Shown here in pieces: positions 13,475 through 25,100 of a stretch of DNA of 64,000 bases (the first letter of the stretch is position 1; each line of letters starts with the position of its first letter). The translations under genes and the position numbers were made by a program. A model generated the notes under the pieces. That model ran no database searches and had not been told where the DNA came from. It was given only the letters and a program-made list of their open reading frames with translations. This DNA is from Mobula hypostoma. Lineage: Eukaryota. The stretch is from contig NC_086097.1 of the NCBI RefSeq assembly GCF_963921235.1, positions 41,356,001-41,420,000 on the forward strand. The letters are read 5' to 3'.

Positions 13475-13639
13475 CACACACAAAATGTTGGAGGAACTCA
13501 ATCTATGGAAAAAAAAGTACAGTCAGCAGTTTTGGGCCTGCTGGAGTCCTGCTGAAGGGTCTTGGCACGAAACGTCGACTGTACTTTTTTCCATAGATGC
13601 TGCCTGGCCTGCCGAGTTCCTCAAGTATTTGTGTGTGTA
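13475..13639. mobile_element. Inverted pair of Penelope pLTRs forming a ~165-bp palindrome with a hammerhead-like motif
   Basis: ACACACAAAATGTTGGAGGAACTC...ATCTATGGAAAAAAAAGTACAGTC mirrored by GACTGTACTTTTTTCCATAGAT...GAGTTCCTCAAGTATTTGTGTGTGT; + strand motif AGTC-CTGCTGA-AGGGTCTTGGCAC-GAAA-CGTC-GACT (13545-13580). Confidence 0.8.
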
Positions 13640-13834
13640 TTAAGATAATATTTTATTAAAACGTATGATTCTAAAGGGATGTGGTGGAGGGATGCTGAGA
13701 GGCTGCTTCCCATGGTTGAAGAGTCCTTATCTCAGATGAGATGTTGAGTATTTATGAATGACATCAGGAAGATCCCCTTCATTTGGAGTGTTTTGGATCT
13801 TTAGAATTCTTTCTTGGAGCCTCAGTCATTTAAT

Positions 13835-14430
13835 AACAAACAATGCTGGAGGAGTTCAGCAGGCCGTGAATGGAAAGAATTTGTTAATGCATCGGAACTG
13901 AGAGTGGAGAAGACAGACAGCCAGCATTGAGCGGGGTAGGGGTAGGCCAGAAATGATTCTGAGGTGAATGATGGACTAAGAAGGCGTGTAGTCTGGAAGG
14001 CAGGTAGTAACATGTAGGGGAGGTGACTGGAGGTGGAGCTGGGAGACAGCAGTAGGTGAATGATAATTGGGCACAGATGGAGAGAGGGAGGAAAAAGGAG
14101 AAAAAGCACATGAAGCAATATGGACAAGGAGCTTGTAACGATAGATCACAGTTGCTGGGGGGAGATAAGCAAGAAGACAAAGCATTACCAGTGCTGGATT
14201 TGGATGAGTAAAGGAGGTGAAAATAAGAGCCATCGGAGGAGAAGGGAGAGAGATGAACAACAGAGCCAGTTGGTTGGTGGGGTGGTGGGGTGATCTTTTC
14301 TATGAAGTGGGCAGATTGAGCTGGGAGGGAGAAAGGGACAAAGATGGATGAAGGGAGTCTAGGATGGAGGTAGGGAAGCAGGACAGAAAATGGGAGGTCT
14401 GGAGGATCAGGAGGAGAGTGAGGCATTATG
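13835..14430 (-). mobile_element. Decayed Penelope 3' region (purine-rich on +)
   Basis: Begins with the pLTR end ACAAACAATGCTGGAGGAGTTCAGCAGGCC, then a G/A-rich tract mirroring the pyrimidine-rich 3' UTR at 35340-35620. Confidence 0.5.
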
Positions 14431-14811
14431 TTCAAAATGAGAGATCGTTCAAATTCAGGAGAATTGAAAGAGGTTGCTGGTAAAATAGAATTGAAAGAGA
14501 AGAGCCATAATCTTGTTGGATGAGGGAGAGGGCTTGAGAGCTTGCATGTTTTGCCTGTTCCTGCTTCTCATGCTTTATAGGCCCTTGGCCAGTCTAACAC
14601 CGGGCTAGCCACCAGTCTCTTTCTGCCGGGTTGCGATAAGCAGTCACTTTCTAGAATGGGGCAGCAGGGTAGCGTAGAGATTAGTGTAAAGTCATTATAG
14701 CACCAGCAATTGCAAATATGGGTTCAATTACTGCTGCTACTTGTAAAGTGATTGTACCTTCTCCCCATAAATGCTTGGATTTCCTCCAGGTGCTCTGGTT
14801 TCCTACCATAC

Positions 14812-15004
14812 CTGGCTGTGGAGGCCAGGTCACTGGGTTCATTTAAGGCAAAGGTTGATAGGTTCTTGATTAAGTCAGGGTGTGAAAGGTTATGGGGAGC
14901 AGGCAGTCGAATGGGGTTAAAAGGGAAATGGATGAGCCATTGTGAAATAGCAGACAGACTCGATGGGCTGAATGGCATAATTCTGCTCCTGTGTTTTATG
15001 GTCT
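14812..15004 (+). mobile_element. CR1 LINE extreme 3' end
   Basis: AVEARSLGSFKAKVDRFL; TTTTATGGTCT tail; same type as 4670-4865. Confidence 0.75.
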
Positions 15005-15024
15005 TCCGGCCATAATCCAGACAT

Positions 15025-16253
15025 AAGCCTGATAGAGTTCTTTGAGGAGGTGACCAGGCATATAGATGAGGGTAGTGCAGTGGATGTGATCTATATGGAT
15101 TTTAGTAAGGCATTTGACAAGGTTCCACACGGTAGGCTTATTCAGAAAGTTAGAAGGCATGGGATCCAGGGAAGTTTGGCCAGATAGATTCAAAATTGGC
15201 TTGCCTGCAGAAGGCAGAGGGTGGTGGTGGAGGGAGTACATTCAGATTGGAGGATTGTGACTAGTGGTGTCCCACAAGGATCTGTTCTGTGACCTCTCTT
15301 TTCGTGATTTTTATTAACGACCTGGATGTGGGGGTAGAAGGGTGGGTTGGCAAGTTTGCAGATGACACAAAGGTTGGTGGTGTTGTAGATTGTGTAGAGG
15401 ATTGTCAAAGATTGCAGAGAGACATTGATAGGATGCAGAAGTGGGCTGAGAAGTGGCAGATGGAGTTCAACCCGGAGAAGTGTGAGGTGGTATACTTTGG
15501 AAGGACAAACTCCAAGGCAGAGTACAAAGTAAATGGCAGGATACTTGGTAGTATGGAGGAGCAGAGGGATCTCAGGGTACATGTCCACAGATCCCTGAAA
15601 GTTGCCTCACAGGTGGATAAGGTAGTTAAGAAAGCTTATGGGGTGTTAGCTTTCATAAATCGAGGGATAGAGTTTAAGAGTTGCGATGTAATAATGCAGC
15701 TCTATAAAACTCTGGTTAGGCCACACTTGGAGTATTGTGTCCAGTTCTGGTCACCTCACTATAGGAAGGATGTGGAAGCATTGGAAAGGGTACAGAGGAG
15801 ATTTACCAGGATGCTGCATGGTTTAGAAAGTATGCATTATGATCAGAGATTAAGGGAGCTAGGGCTTTACTCTTTGGAGAGAAGGAGGATGAGAGGAGAC
15901 ATGATAGAGGTGTACAAGATAATAAGAGGAATAGATAGAGTGGACAGCCAGCGCCTCTTCCCCAGGGCACCACTGCTCAATACAAGAGGACATGACTTTA
16001 AGGTAAGGGGTGGGAAGTTCAAGGGGGATATTAGAGGAAGGTTTTTTACTCAGAGAGTGGTTGCTGCGTGGAATGCACTGCCTGAGTCAGTGGTGGAGGC
16101 AGATACACTAGTGAAGTTTAAGAGACTACTAGACAGATATATGGAGGAATCTAAGGTGGGGGCTTATATGGGAGGCAGGGTTTGAGGGTCGGCACAACAT
16201 TGTGGGCCGAAGGGCCTGTACTGTGCTGTACTATTCTATGTTCTATGTTCTAT
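15025..16253 (+). mobile_element. Young 5'-truncated CR1 LINE (RT domain to 3' tail)
   Basis: MDFSKAFDKV, GVPQGSVL, FADDTK and LVRPHLEYCVQFWSP; 298-aa ORF 15289-16185; (TTCTATG)n tail. Confidence 0.95.
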
Positions 16254-16568
16254 ATGGTGAGGTTAGTGAACTGTGGGCATGCTATGTTGGCATGGAAGCA
16301 CATTGATACTTACAGACTATCCAGCTCAATCCTCACTGATTTGATTTGGTGCAAATGACACATTTCACGGTATGTTTTGTACATGTGACAAATAACACTG
16401 ATCTTTACATCTCTACATCTTTATGTTTTCATGATAACTTTATTTCAAACCTGGTGAGAAACTGGCTGTACACAACTAATATTTATTGCAATTTTTTTTG
16501 TAAAATAGATTTTGAAGTCACTATGTGTATAACGATATATATCTATATATATATCTATATATATATAT

Positions 16569-17726
16569 CACCCCGACATTCTTCGTGATCTTCTTCTCCT
16601 TCGTACTGTTGTACGCTTTCAGGACATCTGATGACGGAGTGCACCTACACACTAGGTCCGACGGCAAGCTCTTCAACCTTGTACGCCTCAGAGCAGAGAC
16701 CAAAGTGCGTCAAGTCCTGATCCATGAGATACTCGTCTCTGATGATGCCGCTCTGATGTCACACACACAGTCTGGTCTCCAGATGTTCCCTGGCACATGC
16801 TTGCCAAGAGTTTGACCTTACCATCAGTCTGAAGAAGACAGAGATCATGGGCCAGGATGTCAGCGAAGCCCCCAGCATCAGTATTGGCGACCACACCCTG
16901 CAAGCGGTAGACGAATTGACCTACCTAGGATCGACAGTCTCCAGCCATCTGTCCCTCGATCCAGAGCTCAACAGGCAAATAGGGAAAGCCACTGCTGCTA
17001 TGGCCAAGCTGTCAAAGAGAGTGTGGAAAAACAACAAGCTCACCACAGCCACCAAGATTGCAGTGTACAGAGCCTGCGTACCGAGCACTCTTCTCTACGG
17101 CAGTGAGAGTCGGACAACCTACGCGCGCCAAGAGCACCACCTCAACAGCTTCTACCTACGGTGCTTGCGTTGGATCCTGGGCATTTCCTGGAAAGAGAGC
17201 GTGCCAAACAAGGATGTCCTGGACCAGGCCAGCATGCCAAGCACGTTCGTCCTTCTCACACAGCAATGACTGCACTGGCTTGCATCCCCAAGGACATCCT
17301 ATACAGAGAACTCGCCACACGATCCCAGGCCATAGTGCGCCCACTGCTGTGTTACAGGGATGTTTGTAAACGTGACCTGAAGTCTGCTGATAACAGGGTG
17401 GACACTTGGGAAGAGACAGCTGCAAATCGCTGCACCTGGCGACAGGCTGTACGTACAGGCATTACTAATGCAGAGGAAAAACGAACTCGACTGTGGTCGG
17501 TCAGAAGAGAGAAAAGGAAGGCTGTGGCAGTGACTACCCAGCCGCAGCCATCAGCCTTCGTGTGCAGCAGCTGTGCCAAGGACTGCCGCTCAAGAATCGG
17601 CTTATTCAGCCACAGCCGAGGCTGTTCCACACCCAGTTGAGTCCTAAACCGGGCGCATCCATTGTCTACTTAGACAGACGGAGCCGCAAATACATACATA
17701 ATACATAAACAAACAAACAAGCAAGC
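16569..17726 (+). mobile_element. RTE-clade LINE, 5'-truncated (RT C-half and C-terminal zinc finger)
   Basis: DGKLFNLVRLRAETKV, SDDAAL (FADD equivalent), TYLGS, YRACVPSTLLYGSE and CSSCAKDCRSRIGLFSH; (ATAC)n/(AAAC)n tail; flanked by (TA)n tracts. Confidence 0.9.
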
Positions 17727-17751
17727 CATGTATGTATATATATCTGTGTCT

Positions 17752-18060
17752 TTAAAGGCATCCGTTAGTCTTGCGAGACCATGGATCTGCGCCTGGAAAG
17801 TCTTCACTCTCCAGGGCACAAGCCTGGCCAAGGTTGTATGGAAGACCAGCACTTGCCCATGCTGCAAGTCTCCCCTCTCCACGACACAAATGATGTCCAA
17901 GGGAAGGGCATTTGGACCCATACAGCTTGGCACCAGTGTCGTTGCAGAGCAATGTGATTAACTGCCTTGCTCAAGGACACAACACATTCCCTCTGCTGGG
18001 GCTCGAACTCACGACCTTCAGGTCGCTAGTCCAATGCTTTAACCACTTGGCCACATGCCC
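17752..18060 (-). mobile_element. tRNA-derived SINE with CORE-like domain and RTE-related 3' tail
   Basis: Minus strand GGGCATGTGGCCAAGTGG (A box)...GAGTTCGAGCC (B box), then TGTGTCCTTGAGCAAGGCAGTTAA; TSD ATCTGTGTCT (17742-17751)/ATCTGTATCT (18061-18070). Confidence 0.85.
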
Positions 18061-18169
18061 ATCTGTATCTATCTCTCTACATATACAAACTAAAAAGGGA
18101 AAGGTCACATAAGAGACATAAGTATCTGAATTCTTCATAAGAGGATTTTACACACCAGCTAGATGATTA

Positions 18170-18725
18170 TCAACTGATACGCTGACAGCGCTGCTGCTGG
18201 TGGATGAATCACAGAGGGTGATGAGTCAGTAAGATAGGACATTTGATTGAGCAGTGCTGCAGCAACAACCTCTCACTCAAAGAGCTGATTGTTGATCTTA
18301 GGAAACGAAAGGAGGACAAGCGTATGCCACTCCACATTGGGGGACTGGTAGTGGAGAAAGTCAGCGGATTTACACTCCTTGATTTTAACATAACAGACGA
18401 CCTGCCCTGGACCCAGCAGGCAGGTGCAATCACAAGCAAAGTATGCCAGCGTTTTTACTTTCGCATGAGGTTAAGGAGGTTCATCTTGTCACCAAACATT
18501 CTTACAAACTTCTATGGATGTCCTGTTGAGAGTATTCTTGTTGGTCACAGCATGGTCTGGTATGGCAATTCAAATACACAGGAACAAAACAAGCTGCGCA
18601 AAGTAGTGGGCTCTGTCTAGTATGTCAGTAGCATCAGGCAGGAGGCACTGCCTCGAGAAGGCAACATCCATCACCAGCAAAGCTTCCTACCCTCAGGGCC
18701 ACGCCACCTTTTCACAGCTACCATC
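18170..18725 (+). mobile_element. Rex1/Babar fragment, outer host of the 18.7-26.8 kb nest (left part)
   Basis: ORF 18243-18620: KELIVDLRK, QRFYF..RLRRF, TNFYGCPVESIL; sequence resumes at ~26826. Confidence 0.8.
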
Positions 18726-18930
18726 AGAGAATCACAGAGAACTACAGCACAGAAACAGGGCTTTCAGCCCATCAATCCATGCGGAAATGATTTTAAACCT
18801 GCACCAGGACCATAGTCCTCCATATCCCTAATATCCATGCACCTATCTAAACTTCTGTTAAATGTTGAAATCAAGTACATGTGGACCACTTGTGCTGGCA
18901 GCTCATTGCACACTCTCACGACCGTCTGTG
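18726..18930 (-). mobile_element. CR1 3' end, probably belonging to the 22190-26820 element
   Basis: GAACTACAGCACAGAAACAGGGCTTTCAGCCC and CTGGCAGCTCATTGCACACTCTCAC, reverse-strand CR1 terminus. Confidence 0.7.
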
Positions 18931-19165
18931 TGAATTGAATTTATTTCTTACATCCTTCACATACGTGAGGAGTATAAACCTTTACGTTACCTTTCTGTCT
19001 GAATGTGCAATATGCAAATTATAGTCATTTGTAACAAGTAGTATATACAGTAAGATATACAACAGAACAGTCAATATAGCTTAGATCTACAATTGTATCA
19101 GTGTGAATTAATCGGCCTGATGGCCTGGTGGAAGAAGCTGTCCCGGAACCTGTTGGTCCCGGCTT

Positions 19166-21806
19166 ACTTTATACTTTATACTTTATTGTCGCCAAACAAT
19201 TGATACTAGAACTTACAATCATCACAGCGATAATTGATTCTGCGCTTCCCACTCTCTGGATTACAAATATTAAATATTAAAAATAGTAAAAATTAGTAAA
19301 TATTAAAAAATTAAATTACAAATCATAAATAGAAAATAGAAAAATGGAAAGTGAGGTAGTGCAAAAAAACTGAGAGGCAGGTCCGGATATTTGGAGGGAA
19401 CGGCCCAGATCCGGGTCAGGATCCGTTCAGCAGTCTTATCACAGTTGGAAAGAAGCTGTTCCCAAATCTGGCCGTACGAGTCTTCAAGCTCCTGAGCCTT
19501 CTCCCGGAGGGAAGAGGGACGAAAAGTGTGTTGGCTGGGTGGGTCATATCTTTGATTATCCTGGCAGCACTGCCCCGACAGCGTGCGGTGTAAAGTGAGT
19601 CCAAGGACGGAAGATTGGTTTGTGTAATGTGCTGCGCCGTGTTCACAATCTTCTGCAGCTTCTTTCGGTCTTGGACAGGACAACTTCCATACCAGGTTGT
19701 GATGCACCCTAGAAAAATGCTTTCTACGGTGCATCTATAAAAATTAGTGAGGGTTTTAGGGGACAGGCCAAATTTCTTTAGTTTTCTCAGGAAGCAAAGG
19801 CGCTGGTGGGCCTTCTTGGCAGTGAACTCTGCTTGGTTAGACCAAGTCAGGTCATTTGTGGTATTGACCCCGAGGAACTTAAAGCTTTTGACCTGTTCCA
19901 CTTGCACACCACCAATTCCTTCATCTTGCTGACGTTGAGAGATAGGTTATTGTCTTCGCACCATGCCACCAGGTTTTAATTTCCTCTCTGTACTCAAACT
20001 TGTCATTGCCTGAGATACGGCCTACAATTGTTGTGTCATCAGCAAACTTATATATTGAGTTTGATGGAAACTTGGCTACACCATCATGGGTGTACAGTGA
20101 GTACAGCAGGGGGCTGAGTACACAGCCTTGTGGGGCACCGGTGCTCAGAGTGATTGTAGAGGAGAGCTTGTCCCCTATTTTTACAGCCTTGGCCCTGTCT
20201 GTGAGGAAGCTGAAGATCCAGCTGCAGATCTGAGTGCTAAGGCCCAGGTTCCGGAGCTTAGGAATCAGTTTATTTGGAATGATGGTATTAAAGGCAGAGC
20301 TGTAGTCAATGAAAAGGAGCCTTACGTATGCATCTTTATTCTCCAGGTGTTCTAGGGAGGAATGTAGGGCCAGCGAGATGGCATCTGCCGTTGACCTGTT
20401 GCTCCGGTAGGCGAATTGCGAAGTGTCGAGGTTGACCGGTAGGCTGTGGTTGATGTGTGCCATAACCAATCTCTCGAAGCACTTCATAGCAATTGATGTC
20501 AGAGCCACAGGTCAATAGTCATTCAGGCATGCCACCTTGCTCTTCTTCGGCACTGGGATTATCGTTGCCTTCTTAAAACATGAGGGGATCTTAGACTGAA
20601 GCAGGGAGCAGTTGAAGATGTCAGCAAACACTCCAGCTAGCTCGCTTGCACAGGCCCTGTGAACCCGTCCTGGGACACCATCTGGGCCCATCGCCATCCT
20701 TGGATTCATCTTCTGGGCCCATCGCCATCCTTGGATTTATCTTCAGGAAGGCCCTTCTAACGTCCTCCTCGGTGATGATCAATCTCGATGCCACGAGGTC
20801 TGGTTCATCCTGAGAGAGCAGGACGCTCCTCTTCTGTTCGAATCTTGCGTAGAATACGTTAAGTTCGTCAGGAAGAGAAGCGCCACAGTTATTGATATTC
20901 CCAGCCTTTTCTTTGTGCCCAGTGATCTCATTTAGACCTTGCTATAGTCTACCGGCATCCCTCTGGTTAGCCTGGGCTTCCAACTTGGCTCGATTTTGCC
21001 TCTTGGCACCCTTAATGAATTTCCGGATTTCACGCCTGGATTCCGTGTAGCGACTCATATCCCCAGACTTAAAAGCCGCAGCTCTAGCCTTTAAAAGTGA
21101 CTGGACCTCATAATTCATCCAAGGTTTCCGGTTAGGGAATACCCGGATCATCTTGCGAGGCACACAGTCCTCTGTGCATTTCTAAATGAAGTCTGTGACA
21201 GCTGAGGCATACTCATCGAGGTTAGCTGCCGAGTCCTTGAATACTAACCAGTCCACCAATTCAAAGCAGTCACAGAGGACCTCATCCGTTTCCTCCGTCC
21301 AACGTGACACTACTTTTGACACCATGACTTCGCGCTTCAGTTTCTGTTTGTAAGCCGGGAGGAGGAGTACGGCCTGATGGTCTGATTTTCTGAAGTGAGG
21401 TCGTGGGACGGAACGGTAGGTATCCTTGACTGCTGTGTAGCAGTGGTCAAGTGTACTCGGGCCTCTGGTAGGGCAGGAGACATGTTGGTATAACTTTGGC
21501 AGCGCCTTTCTGAGGTTGGCCTGGTTAAAGTCCCCAGCTTTAATGAGCAAAGCCTCCAGATACCTGGTCACAAGTTCACTGATGTTGGCATACAGTATGT
21601 TCAGAGCACACTCCACGTCCGCCTGCGGGGGAATATAGACCGCTGTTAATATGACCGAAGTGAATTCCCGTGGCAGAGAGTAGGGACAACACTTCACCGA
21701 CAAGTGTTCCAGGCCCGGGCTGCAGGAGCTTGTCAGTGCCACTGTGTCTGAGCACCACGCAGTGTTGATCAGTAGGCAGACACCACCTCCCCTTGTCTTG
21801 CCCGAA
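19166..21806 (-). mobile_element. Young Rex1 LINE, 5'-truncated (APE endonuclease C-part, RT, C-terminus)
   Basis: AGDFNQANL, TLDHCYT, KSDH (APE); [45 protein letters not shown] (RT); (TAAAGTA)n tail; several stops and frameshifts. Confidence 0.95.
20681..20742. repeat. 31-bp tandem duplication inside the Rex1 ORF
   Basis: TCTGGGCCCATCGCCATCCTTGGATT(C/T)ATCT twice: 20681-20711 and 20712-20742. Confidence 0.9.
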
Positions 21807-22189
21807 GCCTTAATGCTGCAGTACTGTTTTCTGGGTGGTAGCAGCTGGAACAGTTTGTGGTTGGGGTGACTTAGTTCCCCAAAGATCCTTCGGGCCCTTT
21901 TTACGCATGTGTCACTCTAAAGGTCCTGAATAGTGGGAAGTTCACATCTACAGATGCACTGGGCTGTCCGCACCACTCTCTGCAGAGTCCTGCGATTGAG
22001 GGAAGTACAGCTCCCATACCAGGCAGTGATACAGCCAGTCAGGATGCTCTCAGTTGTGCCCCTGTAGAAAGTCCTTAGGATCTGGGGACTCATGCTGATC
22101 TTTTTCAACTGTCTGAGGTGAAAGAGGCGCTGTTGTGCTTTTTTCACCACACAGTCAGTATGTACAGACCAAGTGAGATCCTTGGTGAT

Positions 22190-25100
22190 CTGTATACATC
22201 TTTCCTTCAGGTACATAACCAAAACTGCACTCAATACTCCAAATTAGGCCTCACCAACATCTTATACAACTTCAACATAACATCTCATCTTCTGTACTCG
22301 GTACATTGATTTATAAATGCCAATGTGCCAAAAGCTTTGTTATGATCCTATCTACCTGTGGCACCACTTTCAATGAACTATGGACCTGTATTCCAAGATC
22401 CCTTTGTTCTGCCAGACTTCTCAGTGCTCTGCCGTTCACTGTGTAAGACCTACTCTGGTTGGTCCCACTGAAATGCAAAACCCCGCATTTGTCTGCAATA
22501 AATTCCATCAGCCATTTCTCAGCCCATTTTTTCAGCTCATGCAGATCCCTCTTCAAGCCATGATAGCTTTCCTCACTGTCCACTACACCCCTAATCTTGG
22601 TGTCATCCACAAATTTGCTGATCCAGTTAACCACAGTATCATCCAGATCATTGATATAGATGACAAACAACGAAGAAACCAGCACTAATCCCTGTGGCAC
22701 ACCACTATTCACAGGCCACCAATCAAAGAAGCAAGCATCTACTACCACTCTCTGGCTTCTCCCACAAAGCCAATGTCTAATCCAATTTACTACCTTATCT
22801 TGAATGCTGAACGACTGAACCTTCTTGACCAGCCTCCCATGTGGGTCTCTGTTAAAAGCCTTGCTAAAGTCCATGCAGACAACATCCACTTCCAATAACT
22901 TTCCCATAGCTGATGTCAGACTCACCGGCCTATAATGTCCTGGTTTATGTTTAGAGCTTTTTAAATAGCAGAACAACATTGGCAATCCTTCAATCCTCTA
23001 GGTACCTCTTTCATTATGGATCTTTTAAATATCTCTACTAGGGTTCCGGTGGTTTTTGTACTTGCCTCCCCTAGGGTCCAAGCGAACACCTTGTCAGGCC
23101 CTGGGAGACACACTGATTTGCCTCAGAGTAGAAAATACCTCCTCCTCTGTAATCTGTGGAGGGTCCATGAAGTTGTTGTTACTTTGCCTCACTTCTATAG
23201 ATTCTGTATCTGTCTCCTGAGTAAATACAGATGCAAAGATTGCATTCAAGATCTTCCCCATCTGTTTTGGCTCCTCATATGGGTTACCATTTTTGTCTTC
23301 TAGTAGACCAATTTTGTCCCTAACAGTACTTTTGCTCTGAACATACCTGTAGAATTCCTTAGGATTCTCCTTCAGCTTGTCTGCTAGGTCAACTTCATGT
23401 CTTCTTTTAGCCTTCTGGATTTATTTCTTAACTGTAATTCTTATTCTTCATAAGCACCTCGTTTGTTCCTACTTGCCTGTACCTGCTATGCACCTCCTTT
23501 TTTCTCTTAAACAGGGGGTCTCAATATCTCTTGAAAACCAAGGTTTCCTACACTTGTTATCTTTAATTTTATTCTGACAGGTATATACAAGCTTTGTACT
23601 CTCAAAATTTCAATTTTGAAAGCCTGCCACTTACCAAGTACACCTTTGCCAGAAAACAGCCTATCCCTATCCCAAATGAACTTGCCAGCTCATTTCTGAT
23701 ACCATCTGTATTAGCCTTTTTCCAATGTAGAATCTCAACCAGCATACCAGACCTATCTCTTTTCATATTTACTTTGAAATTAATGACATTGTGGGGTCAG
23801 TGGATGCAAAGTTTTCCCCTACACAAACTTTTGTCATCTGTCCTATCTCATTCCCTCATAGGAGATTTAGTATTGCAGTCTCTCTCGTTGGGACTTCTAT
23901 GTACTGATGAAGGAAACTTCTCTGAACACATTTGACAAACTTTATCCCATCGAGTCTGTCTTGCTGGGTGTTAGGGATAAATTTGCCCCGCTGAGGAAGA
24001 TAATGAATGGTAGAGTGAAAGAACCATGGGTGACTAGTGAGGTGGAAATTCTAGTCAGGTGGAAAAAGGCAGCATACATGAGGTTTAGGAAGCAAGGATC
24101 AGATGGGTCTATTCAGGAATATAGGGTAGCAAGAAAGGAGCTTAAGGAGGGGCTGAGGAGAGCAAGAAGGGGGCATGAGAAGGCCTTGGTGAGTAGGGTA
24201 AAGGAAAACCCCAAGGCATTCTTCAATTATGTGAAGAACGAAATGATGACAGAATTGAAGGTAGGACCAATTAGAGATAAAGGTGGGAAGATGTGCCTAG
24301 AGGCTGTGGAAGTGAGTGAGGTCCTCAATGAATACTTCTCTTCAGTATTCACCAATGAGAGGGAGCTTGATGAAGGTCAATATAAGTGAGGTTGATGTTC
24401 TAAAGCATGTTGATATTAAGGGAGAGGAGGTGTTGGAGTTGTTAAAATATATTAGGACGGATAAGTCCCCGGGGCCTGACAGAATATTCCCCAGGCTGCT
24501 CCACGAGTCGAGGGAAGAGATTGCTGAGCCTATGGCTAGGATCTTCATGTCATCGTTGTCCATGGGAATGGTACTGGAGGATTGGAGGGAGGCGAATGTT
24601 GTCCCCTTTTTCAAAAAAGGTAGTAGCGATAGTTGGGGTAATTATAGACCAGTAAGCCTTACATCTGTGGTGGGAAAGCTATTGGAAAGGATTCTTAGAG
24701 ATAGGATCTATGGGCATTTAGAGAATCATGGTCTGATCAGGGACAGTCAGCATGGCTTTGTGAAGGGCAGATCGTGTCTAACAAGCCTGATAGAGTTCTT
24801 TGAGGAGCTGACCAGGCATCTAGATGAGGGTAGTGCAGTGGATGTGATCTACATGGATTTTACTAAGGCATTTGACAAGTTTCCACATGGTGGCTTGTTC
24901 AGAAAGTCAGAAGGCATGGGATCCAGGGAAATTTGGCCAGGTGGATTCAGAATTGGCTCGCCTGCAGAAAGCAGAGAGACATGGTGGAGGGAGTACATTC
25001 AGATTGGAGGATTATGACTAGTGGTGTCCCACAAGGATCTGTTCTGGGACCTCGACTTTTCGTGATTTTTATTAACGACCTGGATGTGGGGGTAGAAGGG

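Larger units (their letters stand above)
14657..16420 (+). mobile_element. V-SINE split by CR1 insertions (pieces ~14657-14811 and ~16254-16420)
   Basis: A-box-like TAGCGTAGAGA, B-box-like GGTTCAATTAC, V-domain GGATTTCCTCCAGGTGCTCTGGTTTCCT; the 3' half after the CR1 matches the reverse complement of 7160-7310. Confidence 0.65.
18931..22190 (-). mobile_element. Rex1/Babar fragment split by a younger Rex1 (pieces 18931-19165 and 21807-22190)
   Basis: ORF 21917-22234 KKAQQRLFHL...FYRGTTESILTGCITAWYG; (TTGAA)n tail at ~18931; sequence joins across the insertion. Confidence 0.8.

Noticed and set aside
13822..14435. Three overlapping Pro/Ser-rich minus-strand ORFs up to 183 aa
   Set aside because: Low-complexity pyrimidine-rich Penelope-type UTR; open in all frames and no domain motifs.
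17990..18060. tRNA-like sequence on the minus strand
   Set aside because: It is the head of a SINE (continues into a CORE-like body and tail, with TSD), not a tRNA gene.
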